A stretch of 64,000 nt of DNA from an uncultured Pseudomonadota bacterium (GCA_963779495.1 CAVZYM010000005.1:2265554-2329553); one strand, 5' to 3'; shown: positions 1 to 11,711, numbered from the stretch's first letter. Program-made: numbers and translations. Notes: generated by a model not told the origin, from the letters alone.

Positions 1-836
1 GTGTCGGAGTCGGCGCCGAACGCGGTCGTCACCTTGCCGCCGGAGCCGAAGCCGGCGTCGAGCGAGCCGTCGCTGTTGTAGCGGGCGAGGGCGAAGTCCT
101 GGCCGCTGCCGGTCACGGTGGTCGTGCCGGCGACGACGATCTTGCCGTCGGCCTGCACGGCGACCGCAAGCGCGGTCTCGCTGGCGCCGGCGAAGTCGGT
201 CAGCACCTTGCCGGGTGAGGTGGCCGGCCCGAACGTCGTGTCGAGCGCGCCGTCGCGCTCGAAGCGAATGACGGCGAAGTCGCCGAGGTGCTCGGCGGCG
301 CGGCCGGCGGTGACGATCTTGCCGTCGGCCTGGAGGGCCATCGCGTAGGCGTAGTCGTCGCTGATGCCGGCCGGGATCACGACCTTGCCGCCGGCGAAGC
401 TGGTGTCGAGCGAGCCGGGCGGGCCGTAGACCGTCACGGTCAGCGGCTTCTTCACCACCGTCTCGCCCGACGTCCCCTGGACGTCGACCGCGGTCGGCAG
501 CGAGTGGGGCGCGTCGGCCGGGGCGGCGACGGTCAGCGTCGCCTGGGTCTCCCCGGCCGCCAGCGTCGCGGGGGCGAAGGTCGCCGACGCGCCGGCCGGC
601 AGGCCGAGGGGCGCCAGCGTGACGGCGCCGGTGAACCCGGCGTCGCGCGTGACCGTGACCTCGACGGTGGCGCTGGCGCCGGTCAGCACCGGCAGCTTGT
701 CGGCCGCCAGCGTGAGCGTGAACGTGGCGGTGGGCGGCGGCGGGTCCTGGTCCTCGGGGGCGGCGGCTCCGCCTCCACAACCCAGGGTGGCGGCGGCGAG
801 CAGGGCGAGCGTCGGGACGAATGCGGCGGTCTTCAT
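1..836 (-). CDS. delta-60-repeat lipoprotein (C-terminus lies beyond the window edge)
   Basis: A minus-strand ATG at 836 gives MKTAAFVPTLALLAAATLGCGGG (signal peptide plus lipobox Cys). Downstream units such as LQADGKIVTAG..DFAVIRFERDGALDTTFG and DFALARYNSDGSLDAGFG match the delta-60 repeat type. The frame stays open to position 1, which is why it is absent from the ORF track. Confidence 0.7.
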   Translation of the reverse strand, partial: MKTAAFVPTLALLAAATLGCGGGAAAPEDQDPPPPTATFTLTLAADKLPVLTGASATVEVTVTRDAGFTGAVTLAPLGLPAGASATFAPATLAAGETQATLTVAAPADAPHSLPTAVDVQGTSGETVVKKPLTVTVYGPPGSLDTSFAGGKVVIPAGISDDYAYAMALQADGKIVTAGRAAEHLGDFAVIRFERDGALDTTFGPATSPGKVLTDFAGASETALAVAVQADGKIVVAGTTTVTGSGQDFALARYNSDGSLDAGFGSGGKVTTAFGADSD

Positions 837-1071
837 GGCGGCGGATCTCCTCGTGTGGATGGTTCGCGCCTTGAAGTGGCGCGAGCCGGACTTTCGTTAC
901 ACGGAGAAATACGCCCGCCGCGGCGTTTGCTTTCCTTATGTCTTCCCTAACGACTTCTTAAGAATTCGCTAACCCGCGGATCCGGATGCTCAAGCCCCCT
1001 TACGGACCCGCGATTGCGGCCTCGGGCGCATTGAGCGATTCTCCCCAGCGATATCAGGGAGGGAGGTCTCG

Positions 1072-2198
1072 ATGGCGAATCAGATGGACGACGATGTTGT
1101 GGCGGCCGAGAAGAGCGCGGCGTTTTTGGCTGAGATCGACGCGGAACTGGTGGCTGGCCCAACGCCCCGCGATAGCTCGGTAGGGACGAACGATGGGGCC
1201 ACGAACGAGATGGAGGATTGGCGTCGTCGGATGCAAGCGCTGGCCGATGCAGCAGGACCACGGGACTCTGCGGCCGTCGAACGATTCCGTAAGATCGCCA
1301 TCGGCGACAATGTAAAGGTCTCGCAGGTCTTGAAGGCGGTGCACGTCCTTCGAGCCGATGTCGCCAAGGGGCTGTATCAGCGTTCCTCGGGCCAACTGCT
1401 GCGGGCCGCGGAGGCAGATGCTTTTCGGGCGGCATTTCGTTCGACCTGGTTGCGATCGGTCACCTTGGTCGCTCTAGGTGGCTCGATAACGATGTTGGTG
1501 TTTGCGTTCGTTGGACTCATTCAGGTGAGAGGCGTCTCGCTCGATCTTAGGAAAGAGATGCAGTCGACCGCTACGGACTTCAGGGTCACGGCAGAGTCGT
1601 CCACCAGAAACTTCAAGACTCAGCTCGGTGACTTGGAGTCGGACGCAAAACTGAAGAACGAAAGTTTGACGCGTGCCGTGGCAGACGCTGAACGGAAGAT
1701 CGGCGGTCTGAAAAATGCGGTCGACGACTGGGCGAAGGAAAACGTGGGACCGAGGCTCGAACGCGCGATCGCCGCGGAGGAGAAGAAGATTCCTCTGGAG
1801 GTCAGCGATCGGATTGCGCGACTCGAGCCCGTCGCAAGAGCCGAGATGAGCAAGGAGGTCCGGGCGGCGTACGAGTCAATCGGTGAGATCAAGGAGAAGC
1901 TGCGGCAGGTCGAGGCGGCTCACGCGGCAGTCAAGGCCTCACAGGTCCAGCACGAGACTCAGTCCCGTCAGATCGGCCAGCGGGTCGAGGCGGCGTCAGA
2001 GGAAGTGAATCTTCTGAACGCAGCTCTAGGCGCCAAGGCGGATGGCGCCAGTGTTCGTCGGCTCGGCGATCTGAACATGATCGCGCGATACGGGCGGCCG
2101 GCTGCAGTCGTGCTGGCCCTTTCCGGTCTGGTTTCGATCGTTATGATGGTGCGATTCGTTGCCTCGGGATTTGGTCGGATCAGACGGAAGATGAGGGC

Positions 2199-2202
<4 letters not shown>
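1072..2202 (+). CDS. hypothetical membrane protein with two TM segments flanking a long coiled-coil region
   Basis: 376-aa ORF preceded by GGGAGGGAGG. It has hydrophobic segments (VTLVALGGSITMLVFAFVGLI and AAVVLALSGLVSIVMMV) around about 190 aa of heptad-like E/K/R/A-rich sequence. GC is visibly lower than in the flanks. I recognise no family. Confidence 0.55.
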
Positions 2203-2777
<575 letters not shown>

Positions 2778-2792
2778 AGCGAACGTTCCCGC

Positions 2793-4827
2793 TCATGGCG
2801 CCACGGCGGCGGCGGGCGCGGTGTTCGGGGTTGGGCGCACCCGGTCCCAGAACGCGGCGACGTCCTCCAGCAGCTCGGTGCGCGGGCAGTCGGTGGGGAG
2901 GCTGGCGATCAGCGTGTGGCCGTAGGTGCGGCGGGCGATCCGCCCGTCGAGCACGCCGACGATGCCGCGATCGCCGCGGCTGCGGACCAGGCGCCCGAAC
3001 CCCTGCTTCAGGGAGAGCGCCGCGCGCGGGAGCTGGTACTCGGTGAACGGCTCGCCGCCGGCGTCGCGGATGCGGTCGATGCGGGCGGCGGTCAGCGGAT
3101 CGTCGGGGACCGCGAACGGGATCCGGTCCATCACCACCAGCGACAGCGCCTCGCCGGGGACGTCGACCCCCTCCCAGAAGCTCTGCGTCGCCAGCAGCAC
3201 CGAGCCGATCCGCTCGCGCAGAGCCGCCAGCAGCAGGTGGCGCGGGCGCTCGCCCTGGACCAGCAGCGGGAAGGCAGCCTGGGCGCGCAGGTGCGCCTCG
3301 GCCACGCGCAGGTTGCGGAAGCTGGTGAACAGCAGCAGCGCCCGCCCGCCGGTGATCGCGCAGAGCTCGCCCATGCGCGTCGCGACCGCCAGCGGGAAGG
3401 CGTCGTGGTTCGGATCGGGGAGATCGGCCGGCGAGGTAGAGCAGGGCCTGGCGCCGGTAGTCGAAGGGCGACGGGTAGCTGGCGTCGGCGGCCGTGTCGC
3501 CCAGGCCGACGCGCGTGCGCAGGTAGTCGAACGAGCCGGCCACGGTCAGCGTCGCCGAGGTGAGGACGATCGGGCCCGGGCAGGCGTCGAGCGCGCGTCC
3601 GAGCAGCGGCCCGACGTCGACGGGGGAGGCGTGCAGCGCGACGCGCGGGGCGAGGCGGCGAGCCAGCGGACGTGCTCGCGGCCGCGGCTCTCGACCAGCA
3701 GCGCCGAGATCGCCGCGCAGCGCCTCGGCCCGCCGGGAGAGCGCCGCCACCTCGGCGGGGCGCCGCGACGACGCCACCGCCTGGCCGTCGGGGTTCAGCC
3801 AGTCGGCGATCTGTTCCAGCGCGGCGTCGAGCTCGTGGTAGCGCCCGAGCACCGCGCCGGTGGCCAGCTCGATGGGGAACGACAGCCGTGCCTCCTCGAC
3901 GCCGGCGCGCGGCGGCGGCAGCAGGTCGCGCAGCGCATCGGCCAGCGCGCCGGTCGCGGTCAGGAGGCGGGCCGACGCGCGCTGGGCCCGGACCACGTCG
4001 ACCCCGGTCTCGCGCCCGAGGTCGCGGCCGAGCGCGAACAGCCGCTGCGTCGAGGCGTGGACGCCGAAGAACTCCGTCGCCACGTCCTCGATCTGGTGCG
4101 CCTCGTCGAAGATCACCACCTCGTAGGGGGGCAGCACCTGGGCCTCGGGCCAGCGCGCCTTCAGGGCCAGGTCGGCGAAGAACAGGTGGTGGTTGACGAT
4201 CACCAGCGGCGCGGCGGCCGCGCGCCGGCGCATCGCGGTGACGAAGCAGCTCTCGTAGTACGCGCAGCGCGGCCCGATCCGCGTCTCGGGCGTCGCCGCG
4301 ATCTCGCCCCAGACGGCGGCGTCGTCGGGCAGATCGGCCAGCTCGGCCCGATCGCCGGTCGGTGATTCGTTCGCGAAGGCGAGGATGCGCTCGAGCTCGG
4401 GGTCGCGCACCAGGACCCCCTGGCGATCGCGCTCGGCGAGGCGCCGCCGGCAGACGTAGTTGCCGAGCCCCTTCATCACCGCCCACTCGAGCGGCGCCGG
4501 GAGCAGCCCCGCGTGATCGAGCATGGCGCGCAGCCGGGGGAGATCGACGGTGGCGATCTGGTCCTGAAGGGTCTTGGTGCCGGTGCTGACGACCACCTTG
4601 CGGCCCGAGAGCAACGCCGGCACCAGGTAGGCCAGCGTCTTCCCCGTGCCGGTGCCGGCCTCGACCAGCAGCCGCTCGTCGCCGTCGATCGCGGCGGCGA
4701 TCCGGTCGGCCATCGCCAGCTGGCCGGGGCGGGCCTCGTAGCCCGGGAAGACCGACGCCGCCGCGCCGCTCGGCCCCAGCACGCGCCGGATCGCCTCGCG
4801 CGCGGACGTGCTGGCGGTGCCGATCAT
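2793..4827 (-). pseudogene. dinG: DinG-family ATP-dependent DNA helicase, reading frame interrupted (possibly an assembly artefact)
   Basis: MIGTAST..ARPGQLAMADRIAAAI..LLVEAGTGTGKTLAYLVPALL, VIFDEAHQIED and a C-terminal FWEGVDVPGEALSLVVMDRIPFAVPDDP identify the family. The frame changes near 3430: removing one base gives LLYLPADLPDPNHDAFPLAVATRMGELC. A probable compensated pair lies near 3655-3720, where the alternative frame reads LLVESRGREHVRWLA. The start overlaps the hisIE stop (ATGA). Confidence 0.75.
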
Positions 4828-5519
4828 CGCGGCTTGCGGCTCGCCTTTTCGTCGATCCCCGAGACCCCGAAGCGGCGCGCCAGCTCTGCGAACACCGCCT
4901 CCGGCGGCACGCCGGCCGCCTCCAGCCCGACCAGCATGTGGAACAGCAGGTCGGCGGCCTCGTGGGCGGTGTGCTTGGCGTCGCCCGCGGGCAGCGCCTC
5001 GACCAGCTCTCCCGCCTCCTCGGTGATCTTGCCGTTGATCTTGGGCAGTCCCGCGTCGAGCAGCGACACCACGTACGACTTCTCGGGCCGCTCGCGCCGC
5101 CGCCGGGCGATCACCTCGGCGACGCGCGACACCACCACCGCCGGCGGATCCGCGGGGCCATCGTCCTCGTCCAGCGCGCCGCTCGCGTCGACGCGGCGGT
5201 AGAAGCACGACGTCGCCCCGGTGTGGCACGAAGGCCCGTCGGGCTCGACCTGGTAGAGCACGACGTCTCCGTCGCAGTCGAGCCGGACATCGCGGACGGC
5301 CAGCGTGTTCCCGGAGCTCTCCCCTTTGCGCCAGAGCGCCTTGCGCGAGCGGCTCCAGAAGTGGGCGGCCCCCGTCGCCAGGGTCTGCGCCAGGGCGTCG
5401 CGGTTGGCCCAGGCGAACATCCGCACCATCCCGGTGCGCGCCTCTTGCGCGATCACCGGCACCAGACCGTCGGCGTCGAACTTGATCGCACCCAGGAGGA
5501 AGTCAGGCGGCGTCGCCAT
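4824..5519 (-). CDS. hisIE: bifunctional phosphoribosyl-AMP cyclohydrolase / phosphoribosyl-ATP pyrophosphatase
   Basis: The N-terminal half ([47 protein letters not shown]) is HisI. The C-terminal half ([40 protein letters not shown]) is HisE. Confidence 0.9.
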   Translation of the reverse strand: MATPPDFLLGAIKFDADGLVPVIAQEARTGMVRMFAWANRDALAQTLATGAAHFWSRSRKALWRKGESSGNTLAVRDVRLDCDGDVVLYQVEPDGPSCHTGATSCFYRRVDASGALDEDDGPADPPAVVVSRVAEVIARRRRERPEKSYVVSLLDAGLPKINGKITEEAGELVEALPAGDAKHTAHEAADLLFHMLVGLEAAGVPPEAVFAELARRFGVSGIDEKASRKPR

Positions 5520-6291
5520 GTTGCCTATCTCGCACCGGGACGCCGCGCGCGCGCAAGTAATCGTGCGCCTGCCCGACGGTCGCCTCGCCGAAGTGGAAGA
5601 TCGACGCCGCCAGGACCGCCTCGGCGTGGCCGTCGGCGATCCCCTGGTAGAGGTGCTCCAGGTTACCGACGCCGCCCGACGCGATCACCGGGATCGGCAG
5701 GCGATCGGCGACGGCGCGGGTCAGCTCGAGGTCGAAGCCGTCCCGGGTGCCGTCGCGGTCCATGCTGGTCAGCAGGATCTCGCCGGCGCCGTTGCCGGCC
5801 ATCCGCTCGCACCAGGCGAGCGCGTCGAGGCCGGTCGCGCGCCGGCCGCCGTGCGTGTAGACCTCCCAGGCCAGCGGATCGGCGCCCGGGATGCGCCGCG
5901 CGTCGACGGCGACGACGATCGCCTGGTTGCCGAAGGCGTCGGCGGCGCGCCGCACCAGCTCGGGGTCGGCGACCGCGGCGGTGTTGATGCCGACCTTGTC
6001 GGCGCCCGCGAGCAGGAGGCCGCGCACGTCCTCGACCGAACGCACGCCGCCGCCCACGGTCAGCGGCAGGAAGACCCGCTCGGCGGTTGCGCGCACGACG
6101 TCGAGCATCGTGGTCCGCCCGTCCGACGACGCGGTGATGTCCAGGAAGCAGACCTCGTCCGCCCCCTGGGCGTCGTAGGCGGCGGCGACGGCGACCGGAT
6201 CGCCGGCGTCACGCAGCTCCTTGAACCGGACCCCTTTTTTGACCCGCCCGCCGTCGACGTCGAGGCAGGGGATGACCCGCTTGCACAGCAT
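5503..6291 (-). CDS. hisF: imidazole glycerol phosphate synthase cyclase subunit
   Basis: [33 protein letters not shown]...[15 protein letters not shown] is typical HisF. Confidence 0.95.
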   Translation of the reverse strand: MLCKRVIPCLDVDGGRVKKGVRFKELRDAGDPVAVAAAYDAQGADEVCFLDITASSDGRTTMLDVVRATAERVFLPLTVGGGVRSVEDVRGLLLAGADKVGINTAAVADPELVRRAADAFGNQAIVVAVDARRIPGADPLAWEVYTHGGRRATGLDALAWCERMAGNGAGEILLTSMDRDGTRDGFDLELTRAVADRLPIPVIASGGVGNLEHLYQGIADGHAEAVLAASIFHFGEATVGQAHDYLRARGVPVRDRQHGDAA

Positions 6292-6293
6292 GG

Positions 6294-7025
6294 CTAGGCG
6301 GCCGCGCGGGCCAACGCCTCGGAGACGGTGAACACCCCTTCGTACAGCGCCTTGCCGATCACCACCGCCGCCGCGCCGGTCGGGGCCAGCGCGTCCAGAT
6401 CGTCGAGCCGGGCCACGCCCCCCGACGCGATCACCGGGCAGGGGGCCAGGCGGGCCGCCAACCGCGCCGTCGCCTCCAGGTTCGGGCCGCTGCGCATGCC
6501 GTCGCGGCCGATGTCGGTGTAGAGCACGGCCGCCGCGCCCGCGCGCGACACGGCCAGCCCGACGTCGACGGCGTCGACGGTGGTCGCCTCGGTCCAGGCC
6601 TCGACGGCGATCTTGCCTTCGCGCGCGTCGACCGCGACGACGATGCCGTTCGGCCAGCGCTTGCAGGCGGCCTCGACCAGCTTGGGATCCTTGACCGCGA
6701 CGGTGCCGAGCACGACGAACTTGACGCCCACGTCGAACAGCCGCGCGCAGTCGTCCAGCGTCCGCACGCCCCCGCCGGTCTCGACCGGCATCGGGCTGGC
6801 GGCGACGATCCGGGCCAGCGTCGCGCGGTTGTCGATCGGCGCCTCCGACGCCCGCGTGAACGCGGCGTCCAGGTCGACGACGTGCAGGCGCGGTGCGCCG
6901 GCGGCGGCGAACTGGGCGGCGACCTCCCAGGGGGCGCGGCTGTAGATCGTCGCGCTGTCCCGCCGCCCCTGTTCGAGGCGCACGGCGTTACCACCCATAA
7001 GATCGATAGCGGGGAAGATTTCCAT
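6294..7025 (-). CDS. hisA: ProFAR isomerase HisA
   Basis: [21 protein letters not shown]...[16 protein letters not shown] is typical HisA. It lies 2 nt upstream of hisF. Confidence 0.9.
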   Translation of the reverse strand: MEIFPAIDLMGGNAVRLEQGRRDSATIYSRAPWEVAAQFAAAGAPRLHVVDLDAAFTRASEAPIDNRATLARIVAASPMPVETGGGVRTLDDCARLFDVGVKFVVLGTVAVKDPKLVEAACKRWPNGIVVAVDAREGKIAVEAWTEATTVDAVDVGLAVSRAGAAAVLYTDIGRDGMRSGPNLEATARLAARLAPCPVIASGGVARLDDLDALAPTGAAAVVIGKALYEGVFTVSEALARAAA

Positions 7026-7107
7026 CGGGGGGCGCTAGTCTACCTGCCACCGCGGGGCTTGCGGCAAGATGCGCGACGCCTGCGCCGGCCGGCCTTACAA
7101 TGGGGCG

Positions 7108-7980
7108 ATGCGGTTGGGGTTTGCGACGCGAACGCTGGTCGCCGCGATCGGCTGTCTGGGGCTCATCGCCTGCGGCTCTATCAGCTCCAGCAACGGCACG
7201 GACGCCGGGGCGGCCGGCACCAGCGGCCCGGCGGGGCGGGGCGGCGCAACGGCCGGCCAGGCCGGGATCGGCGGCCGGGCCGGTAGCGGCGGCGCGGGTC
7301 TCGCCGGCAGCGGCGGGACCGCCGTCAGCGGCACCGGCGGCATCGTCGTCAGCGGCGGGGGCGGCGTCGCCGTCGCCGGCAGCGGCGGACGGGCCGGCGC
7401 GGGGACGGGCGTCGCCGGTTCGACCGGCGTCGCGGGCGCCGCCACCGGCGTCGCGGGAAGCCCGGGCGGCAGCGGCGGCGTCGCGGGCGCGCCTGGCCGC
7501 GGCGGCACCACCGGCGCCGCGGGCGTCGCCGGCAGCGGCCTCTTGGGGCTGGGCGGCAACCTCCTGGGCCTCGGCGGCATCGGCCTCCTGGGCACGGCCG
7601 GCCGCGGCACGGCCGGGCTCGGCGTCGCCGGCAGCAACGGCTGCATCTGCCCCGTCGGCCAGGTCTGCCAGAACAACATCTGCGTCTGCGGCGGCACCGG
7701 CTGCGTCGGCTGCTGCGACAAGCAGACGCCCGAGGGCCCGGCGGCGTTCAAGACGGACATGTACGAATGCGCCTGCTCCGATCCCTGCTACTCGGTCTGC
7801 AAGACCTTCTGCGACACCAACGCCGGCGTGACGCCGGTCTGCCTGGCCTGCATGCACGACAACCTCGACGCCAGCCAGTTCTGCCGCACCAGCTCCGCCA
7901 AGTGCGGCAACGACCAGTCCTGCAAGCCCTACGTCGACTGCGTCCTCAACCGCTGCGCCGACAAGAGCGGGCCGGGCTGA
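7108..7980 (+). CDS. lipoprotein with a Gly/Ala-rich linker and a C-terminal Cys-rich domain
   Basis: MRLGFATRTLVAAIGCLGLIACGS has a lipobox. About 170 aa of GxAGxGG repeats follow, then a Cys-rich tail (CICPVGQVCQNNICVCGGTGCVGCC...). ATG 7108 is chosen over 7069 because it sits directly before the signal peptide. Confidence 0.6.
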   Translation: MRLGFATRTLVAAIGCLGLIACGSISSSNGTDAGAAGTSGPAGRGGATAGQAGIGGRAGSGGAGLAGSGGTAVSGTGGIVVSGGGGVAVAGSGGRAGAGTGVAGSTGVAGAATGVAGSPGGSGGVAGAPGRGGTTGAAGVAGSGLLGLGGNLLGLGGIGLLGTAGRGTAGLGVAGSNGCICPVGQVCQNNICVCGGTGCVGCCDKQTPEGPAAFKTDMYECACSDPCYSVCKTFCDTNAGVTPVCLACMHDNLDASQFCRTSSAKCGNDQSCKPYVDCVLNRCADKSGPG

Positions 7981-8034
7981 CTCTCCGTCAGTAAGTTACG
8001 TCGGCGCAACACGGCCCCGTGTAGGCTGGCGCCG

Positions 8035-8652
8035 ATGTTCGTCCTCGGGATCGCCGGTGGCAGCGGCTCTGGCAAGACCACCGTCGCGGAGAGGCTCGTC
8101 GCGGGCCTGGCGCAGCACCCCGTCGAGCTGATCGACCACGACGCCTACTACCGCGATCGCTCGGGCCTGTCGGACGCCGAGCGCCTGCGCATCAACTACG
8201 ATCACCCCGACGCGATCGAGACGGAGCTTCTGGTCGCGCACCTCGCGGAGCTGCGCGCCGGCCGCGCCGTCGAGATCCCCCAGTACGACTTCCGCCATCA
8301 CGTGCGCCGCGCCGAGACCCGTCGCATCGCGCCGGCGCCGGTGGTGATCGTCGAGGGGATCCTCGTCCTCGCGGACGAGCGGCTGCGCGCCCACATGGAC
8401 CTGAAGATCTTCGTCGACACCGACGCGGACATCCGCTTGATGCGCAGGCTGGAGCGCGACATCGAGCAGCGGGGTCGCACCTTCGCGCAGGTGCGCGAGC
8501 AGTACGACACGACGGTGCGCCCGATGCACCTCGCCTTCGTCGAGCCGTCCAAGCGGTTCGCCGATCTGATCATCCCCGAGGGCGGCGAGAACCGCCCCGC
8601 GCTGGACGTGATCGTCGGTCACCTGGCGCAGGTCATCTTGGCGGGCGGCTAA
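8035..8652 (+). CDS. udk: uridine kinase
   Basis: GIAGGSGSGKTTVA P-loop, INYDHPDAIE, IVEGILVL and VDTDADIRLMRRLERDIEQRGR. Confidence 0.9.
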   Translation: MFVLGIAGGSGSGKTTVAERLVAGLAQHPVELIDHDAYYRDRSGLSDAERLRINYDHPDAIETELLVAHLAELRAGRAVEIPQYDFRHHVRRAETRRIAPAPVVIVEGILVLADERLRAHMDLKIFVDTDADIRLMRRLERDIEQRGRTFAQVREQYDTTVRPMHLAFVEPSKRFADLIIPEGGENRPALDVIVGHLAQVILAGG

Positions 8653-8871
8653 CCTCGAACGGCTACCGGCCCTCGCGCCCAGGCTCGAACGCCGGGCACG
8701 CCAGGATCGGCTGCCGCGGATACTTCGTCGGCAACGCCGTGCACATCAGAAACGTGGACGTCTTCGTCGCGATGGTGCGGCGCCGGGTGCAGCGGTGACA
8801 GAGGCTCTCGGGGAATTGGGGCCTCGCTTCCGGTCCTCGCGGCTTCACGGTGCTGGTAGGGTAGCTCGCCG

Positions 8872-9357
8872 ATGGCGAGCATCGAGGTTCCGGGGCTCGG
8901 GAAGCTCTCCGAGGTGCCGAATTCGCCGCCGGGCGAGCGGTTCTGGGCGGGGTCGTACCGCTACCACGAGGAGGGCGGGACGGCGGTGTCCGTGTTCTTC
9001 CTGTGCGTCTCCGGCGACGGCGCGCCCTCGCGCGCCCAGCTGGAATTTGCGCGAACGATCCTGGCGGCGATTGACGCACACCTCGTGAGCGCGCGAGGGC
9101 GGCTCGCTGAAAAGTTACGGGACGACCCCGGTTTCTTCGGGATCGACGGCGCGCGCGCGGCGCGCTACCTCGAGACGGGCGACGCCGGGTTGCCGTTCGG
9201 TCTGCCGGAGCCCACCTTCTTCGCTCCCGAGGAGTGGCACATCCGATTCGCCGAGAGCCCGCTGTCGGGACCCGAGACCCTCGGCGTCAGCGTGACGTTC
9301 CAGGGAACGACGCCGCTCGAGATCGAGGATCTGTCGGGCGCGCTGGCAATCGAATAG
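8872..9357 (+). CDS. hypothetical cytoplasmic protein
   Basis: 161-aa ORF with normal codon bias, no signal peptide and no family I recognise. It sits in the opposite-strand insert between hisA and hisH. Confidence 0.5.
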   Translation: MASIEVPGLGKLSEVPNSPPGERFWAGSYRYHEEGGTAVSVFFLCVSGDGAPSRAQLEFARTILAAIDAHLVSARGRLAEKLRDDPGFFGIDGARAARYLETGDAGLPFGLPEPTFFAPEEWHIRFAESPLSGPETLGVSVTFQGTTPLEIEDLSGALAIE

Positions 9358-9369
9358 GCCGCAGCGCCG

Positions 9370-10002
9370 CTAGGCCGCGACGAACTGGCGCAGCAGCGCG
9401 AGCCCGGCGGCCTGGCTCTTCTCCGGGTGGAACTGGCAGCCGAAGACGTTGTCGCGGGCGACGGCGCAGGTGAAGGGCGTGCCGTGCTCGCTGGTCAGCG
9501 CCACGTCCTCGGCGCGGGCCGGCTCGGGGTAGTAGCTGTGCACGAAGTAGAAGAAGTCGCCGTCGGGGATGGTGCCGACCGATGGGCTGCGGGCCGGGCC
9601 GCGCGCCGTCCGGTTCCAGCCCATGTGCGGGATCTTCAACCCCGGGCGATCGGTGAAGCGGACGACCCGACCGGGCAGCACGCCCAGCCCGCGCGCCTCG
9701 GGATTCTCTTCGCTGCGCTCGAACAGGAGCTGCATTCCGATGCAGATGCCGAAGAACGGGCGCCCGCTGCGGATCACCTCGAGGACCGCTTGCCGGAGCG
9801 CGCCGCCGCCGCGGTCCAACCCGACGGCGCAGGCGCCGAACGCGCCCTGGCCGGGGACGACCAGCTTGTCGGCGCGCGCGACGGTGTCGGCGTCGGCGCT
9901 GACGACGGCGTCGGCCCCCGCCGCGGTCAGCGCCTTCTCGACGCTGCGCAGGTTGCCGCTGCCGCTGTCGGCCACCACCACGCGGGGCCGCGTTCCGGTC
10001 AT
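9370..10002 (-). CDS. hisH: imidazole glycerol phosphate synthase glutamine amidotransferase subunit
   Basis: VVVADSGSGNLRSVEKAL..LVVPGQGAFG..FFGICIGMQLLF..GCQFHPEKS, including the class I GATase Cys and His motifs. Confidence 0.9.
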   Translation of the reverse strand: MTGTRPRVVVADSGSGNLRSVEKALTAAGADAVVSADADTVARADKLVVPGQGAFGACAVGLDRGGGALRQAVLEVIRSGRPFFGICIGMQLLFERSEENPEARGLGVLPGRVVRFTDRPGLKIPHMGWNRTARGPARSPSVGTIPDGDFFYFVHSYYPEPARAEDVALTSEHGTPFTCAVARDNVFGCQFHPEKSQAAGLALLRQFVAA

Positions 10003-10015
10003 CGCCGCGCGGCGC

Positions 10016-10612
10016 TCACGCGGTGAGCGTCCCTTTGGTCGACGGCACGCCCTGCACGCGCGGGTCGATCCGGACGGCAGCCGCGGTGGCCCGCGCGAAC
10101 GCCTTGAACAGCGCCTCGATCATGTGGTGCGCGTTCTCACCGTAGCGCACCTCTAGGTGCAGGTTGCACAGCGCGGTCGACACGAAGCCGCCGAAGAACT
10201 CACGGCCGAGCTCCACGTCGAAGGTCCCGACGCGGCGCCCTTTCAGAGCCTCCGCCCGGTAGACGAAGGCCGCCCGGCCGCTGAAGTCGACCGCCGCCGC
10301 GACCAGCGTCTCGTCCATCGGGATCGTCGCCTCGCCGTAGCGCGTGATGCCGCTGCGGTCCCCCAGCGCCTCGCGAAAGGCCTGTCCCAGGCAGATGCCG
10401 ACGTCCTCGACCAGATGGTGGGGGTCGACTTCGACGTCACCCGAGGCCGTGATCTCCAGGTCGTAGAGGCCGTGGCGGGCGACCGCTTCCAACATGTGGT
10501 TGAAGAAGGGGACCGGGGTGGTGATCCGGCGCTGTCCCGACCCGTCCAGGATCAGGGCCAGCTCGATGGCGGTCTCGTTGGTCTTCCGTTGGACCTTGGC
10601 GCGTCGGTTCAT
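10016..10612 (-). CDS. hisB: imidazoleglycerol-phosphate dehydratase
   Basis: RKTNETAIELAL..PFFNHMLEAVARHG..DPHHLVEDVGICLG..GENAHHMIEALFKAFARA. Confidence 0.95.
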   Translation of the reverse strand: MNRRAKVQRKTNETAIELALILDGSGQRRITTPVPFFNHMLEAVARHGLYDLEITASGDVEVDPHHLVEDVGICLGQAFREALGDRSGITRYGEATIPMDETLVAAAVDFSGRAAFVYRAEALKGRRVGTFDVELGREFFGGFVSTALCNLHLEVRYGENAHHMIEALFKAFARATAAAVRIDPRVQGVPSTKGTLTA

Positions 10613-10703
10613 GTGCGGGTCAGGTAGGAGCCAGGCGACGATTGTATCCCACGTTCCTCAAGGAATCTCCGATGTTCAGCGATATACTGATGTGGACCAC
10701 GCG

Positions 10704-11702
10704 ATGAGCCAGCGCGCTCGCAGCCCGGTGCTCGGGTACAACCACAACGTCCGTCACGGCGGGCGGGTTTTCCACGTGCAGACCGAGGATTCGGGCACCG
10801 GCTACGCGCGGCTCTACACGCATCTCTTCTTCGAGGGGACAATCCTCTCCTCGAAGAAGATGGAGTACGACCCCCAGTCGCCCGAGGACGCCGTGCGGTC
10901 GCTGATGCAGAAGCTGCACAAGGCGATGATGAAGGAGCTGTCGCACGCGGAGCACGACGCGCGCATAGCGGCGTTCTTCGCCGCGCGCGGACAGCCGGCG
11001 CGTCTCGGGGACGCCGCGGTGAACACGTCGGGCGTCGTGGAGCCGCCGGCCGCGTCCGACGCGCCCGCGGTCGTCGCGCCTGCGTCCACCGAGCCGATGC
11101 CCCTGGAGGCGCCCGTGCCGCTGGCCGCCGCGCCTCCGGTCGCGGTCGCGACGCCGGCGCGCGTTCCGACGAAGCCGGTGGTGGTGGTCAAGCCGGGCGC
11201 GCTGAAGCGTCCGCCGGTGGTGCTTTCGAGCTCGGCGGACGGCGTGGTCGTGCGCCGCAACGTCGTGGTCAACGTCGGCGGTGGCGCGCCGCCCGTCAAC
11301 GGGAGCACGCCCTCGCCCGCGGCGACGGCGCCGATCAACGGCACGCCCCCTCCCGCCGCGCGCCCGCGTGTGGCGACCAGCGGCGACGGCATGTTCGTCG
11401 GTGCGGGGGCCGTGCGCCTCCCCGTCGCCGCGCCGCGGACGTCCGCGGCCGGGCAGCCGCTGGCCTCGTCGCGCGACATCCGGATGCCCTGGGAGACGCC
11501 GGCCCCAGCGCGGGTCGTCGCCCCAATCGTCGCCGCCGCCGAGCCGCCGCCGCCCGCCGGAACATCGCGCGAGCTGCGGATGCCGTGGGAGGCGGGAGGT
11601 CCGCCACCGCCGACCGACGCCTTCGCTGCCGATCTGGTCAACGACAAGAGCCTCGACGAAGTGATCCTCGAGTACCTGTCGGACGACGGCGAGAGTCAGT
11701 AG
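10704..11702 (+). CDS. conserved hypothetical protein with a compact N-terminal domain and a Pro/Ala-rich tail
   Basis: MSQRARSPVLGYNHNVRHGGRVFHVQTEDSGTGYARLYTHLFFEGTILSSKK, followed by a low-complexity tail carrying two R(D/E)(I/L)RMPWE motifs. ATG 10704 is preferred over the upstream part of the track ORF, which overlaps hisB. Confidence 0.6.
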   Translation: MSQRARSPVLGYNHNVRHGGRVFHVQTEDSGTGYARLYTHLFFEGTILSSKKMEYDPQSPEDAVRSLMQKLHKAMMKELSHAEHDARIAAFFAARGQPARLGDAAVNTSGVVEPPAASDAPAVVAPASTEPMPLEAPVPLAAAPPVAVATPARVPTKPVVVVKPGALKRPPVVLSSSADGVVVRRNVVVNVGGGAPPVNGSTPSPAATAPINGTPPPAARPRVATSGDGMFVGAGAVRLPVAAPRTSAAGQPLASSRDIRMPWETPAPARVVAPIVAAAEPPPPAGTSRELRMPWEAGGPPPPTDAFAADLVNDKSLDEVILEYLSDDGESQ

Positions 11703-11711
11703 GCCGGCAGC

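Noticed and set aside
8665-8700. tRNA-like T-arm (GGCTCGAACGCC) in the udk-downstream spacer
   Set aside because: The flanking bases do not form the 5-bp T stem, and no acceptor, D or anticodon arms can be drawn. It is not a tRNA.
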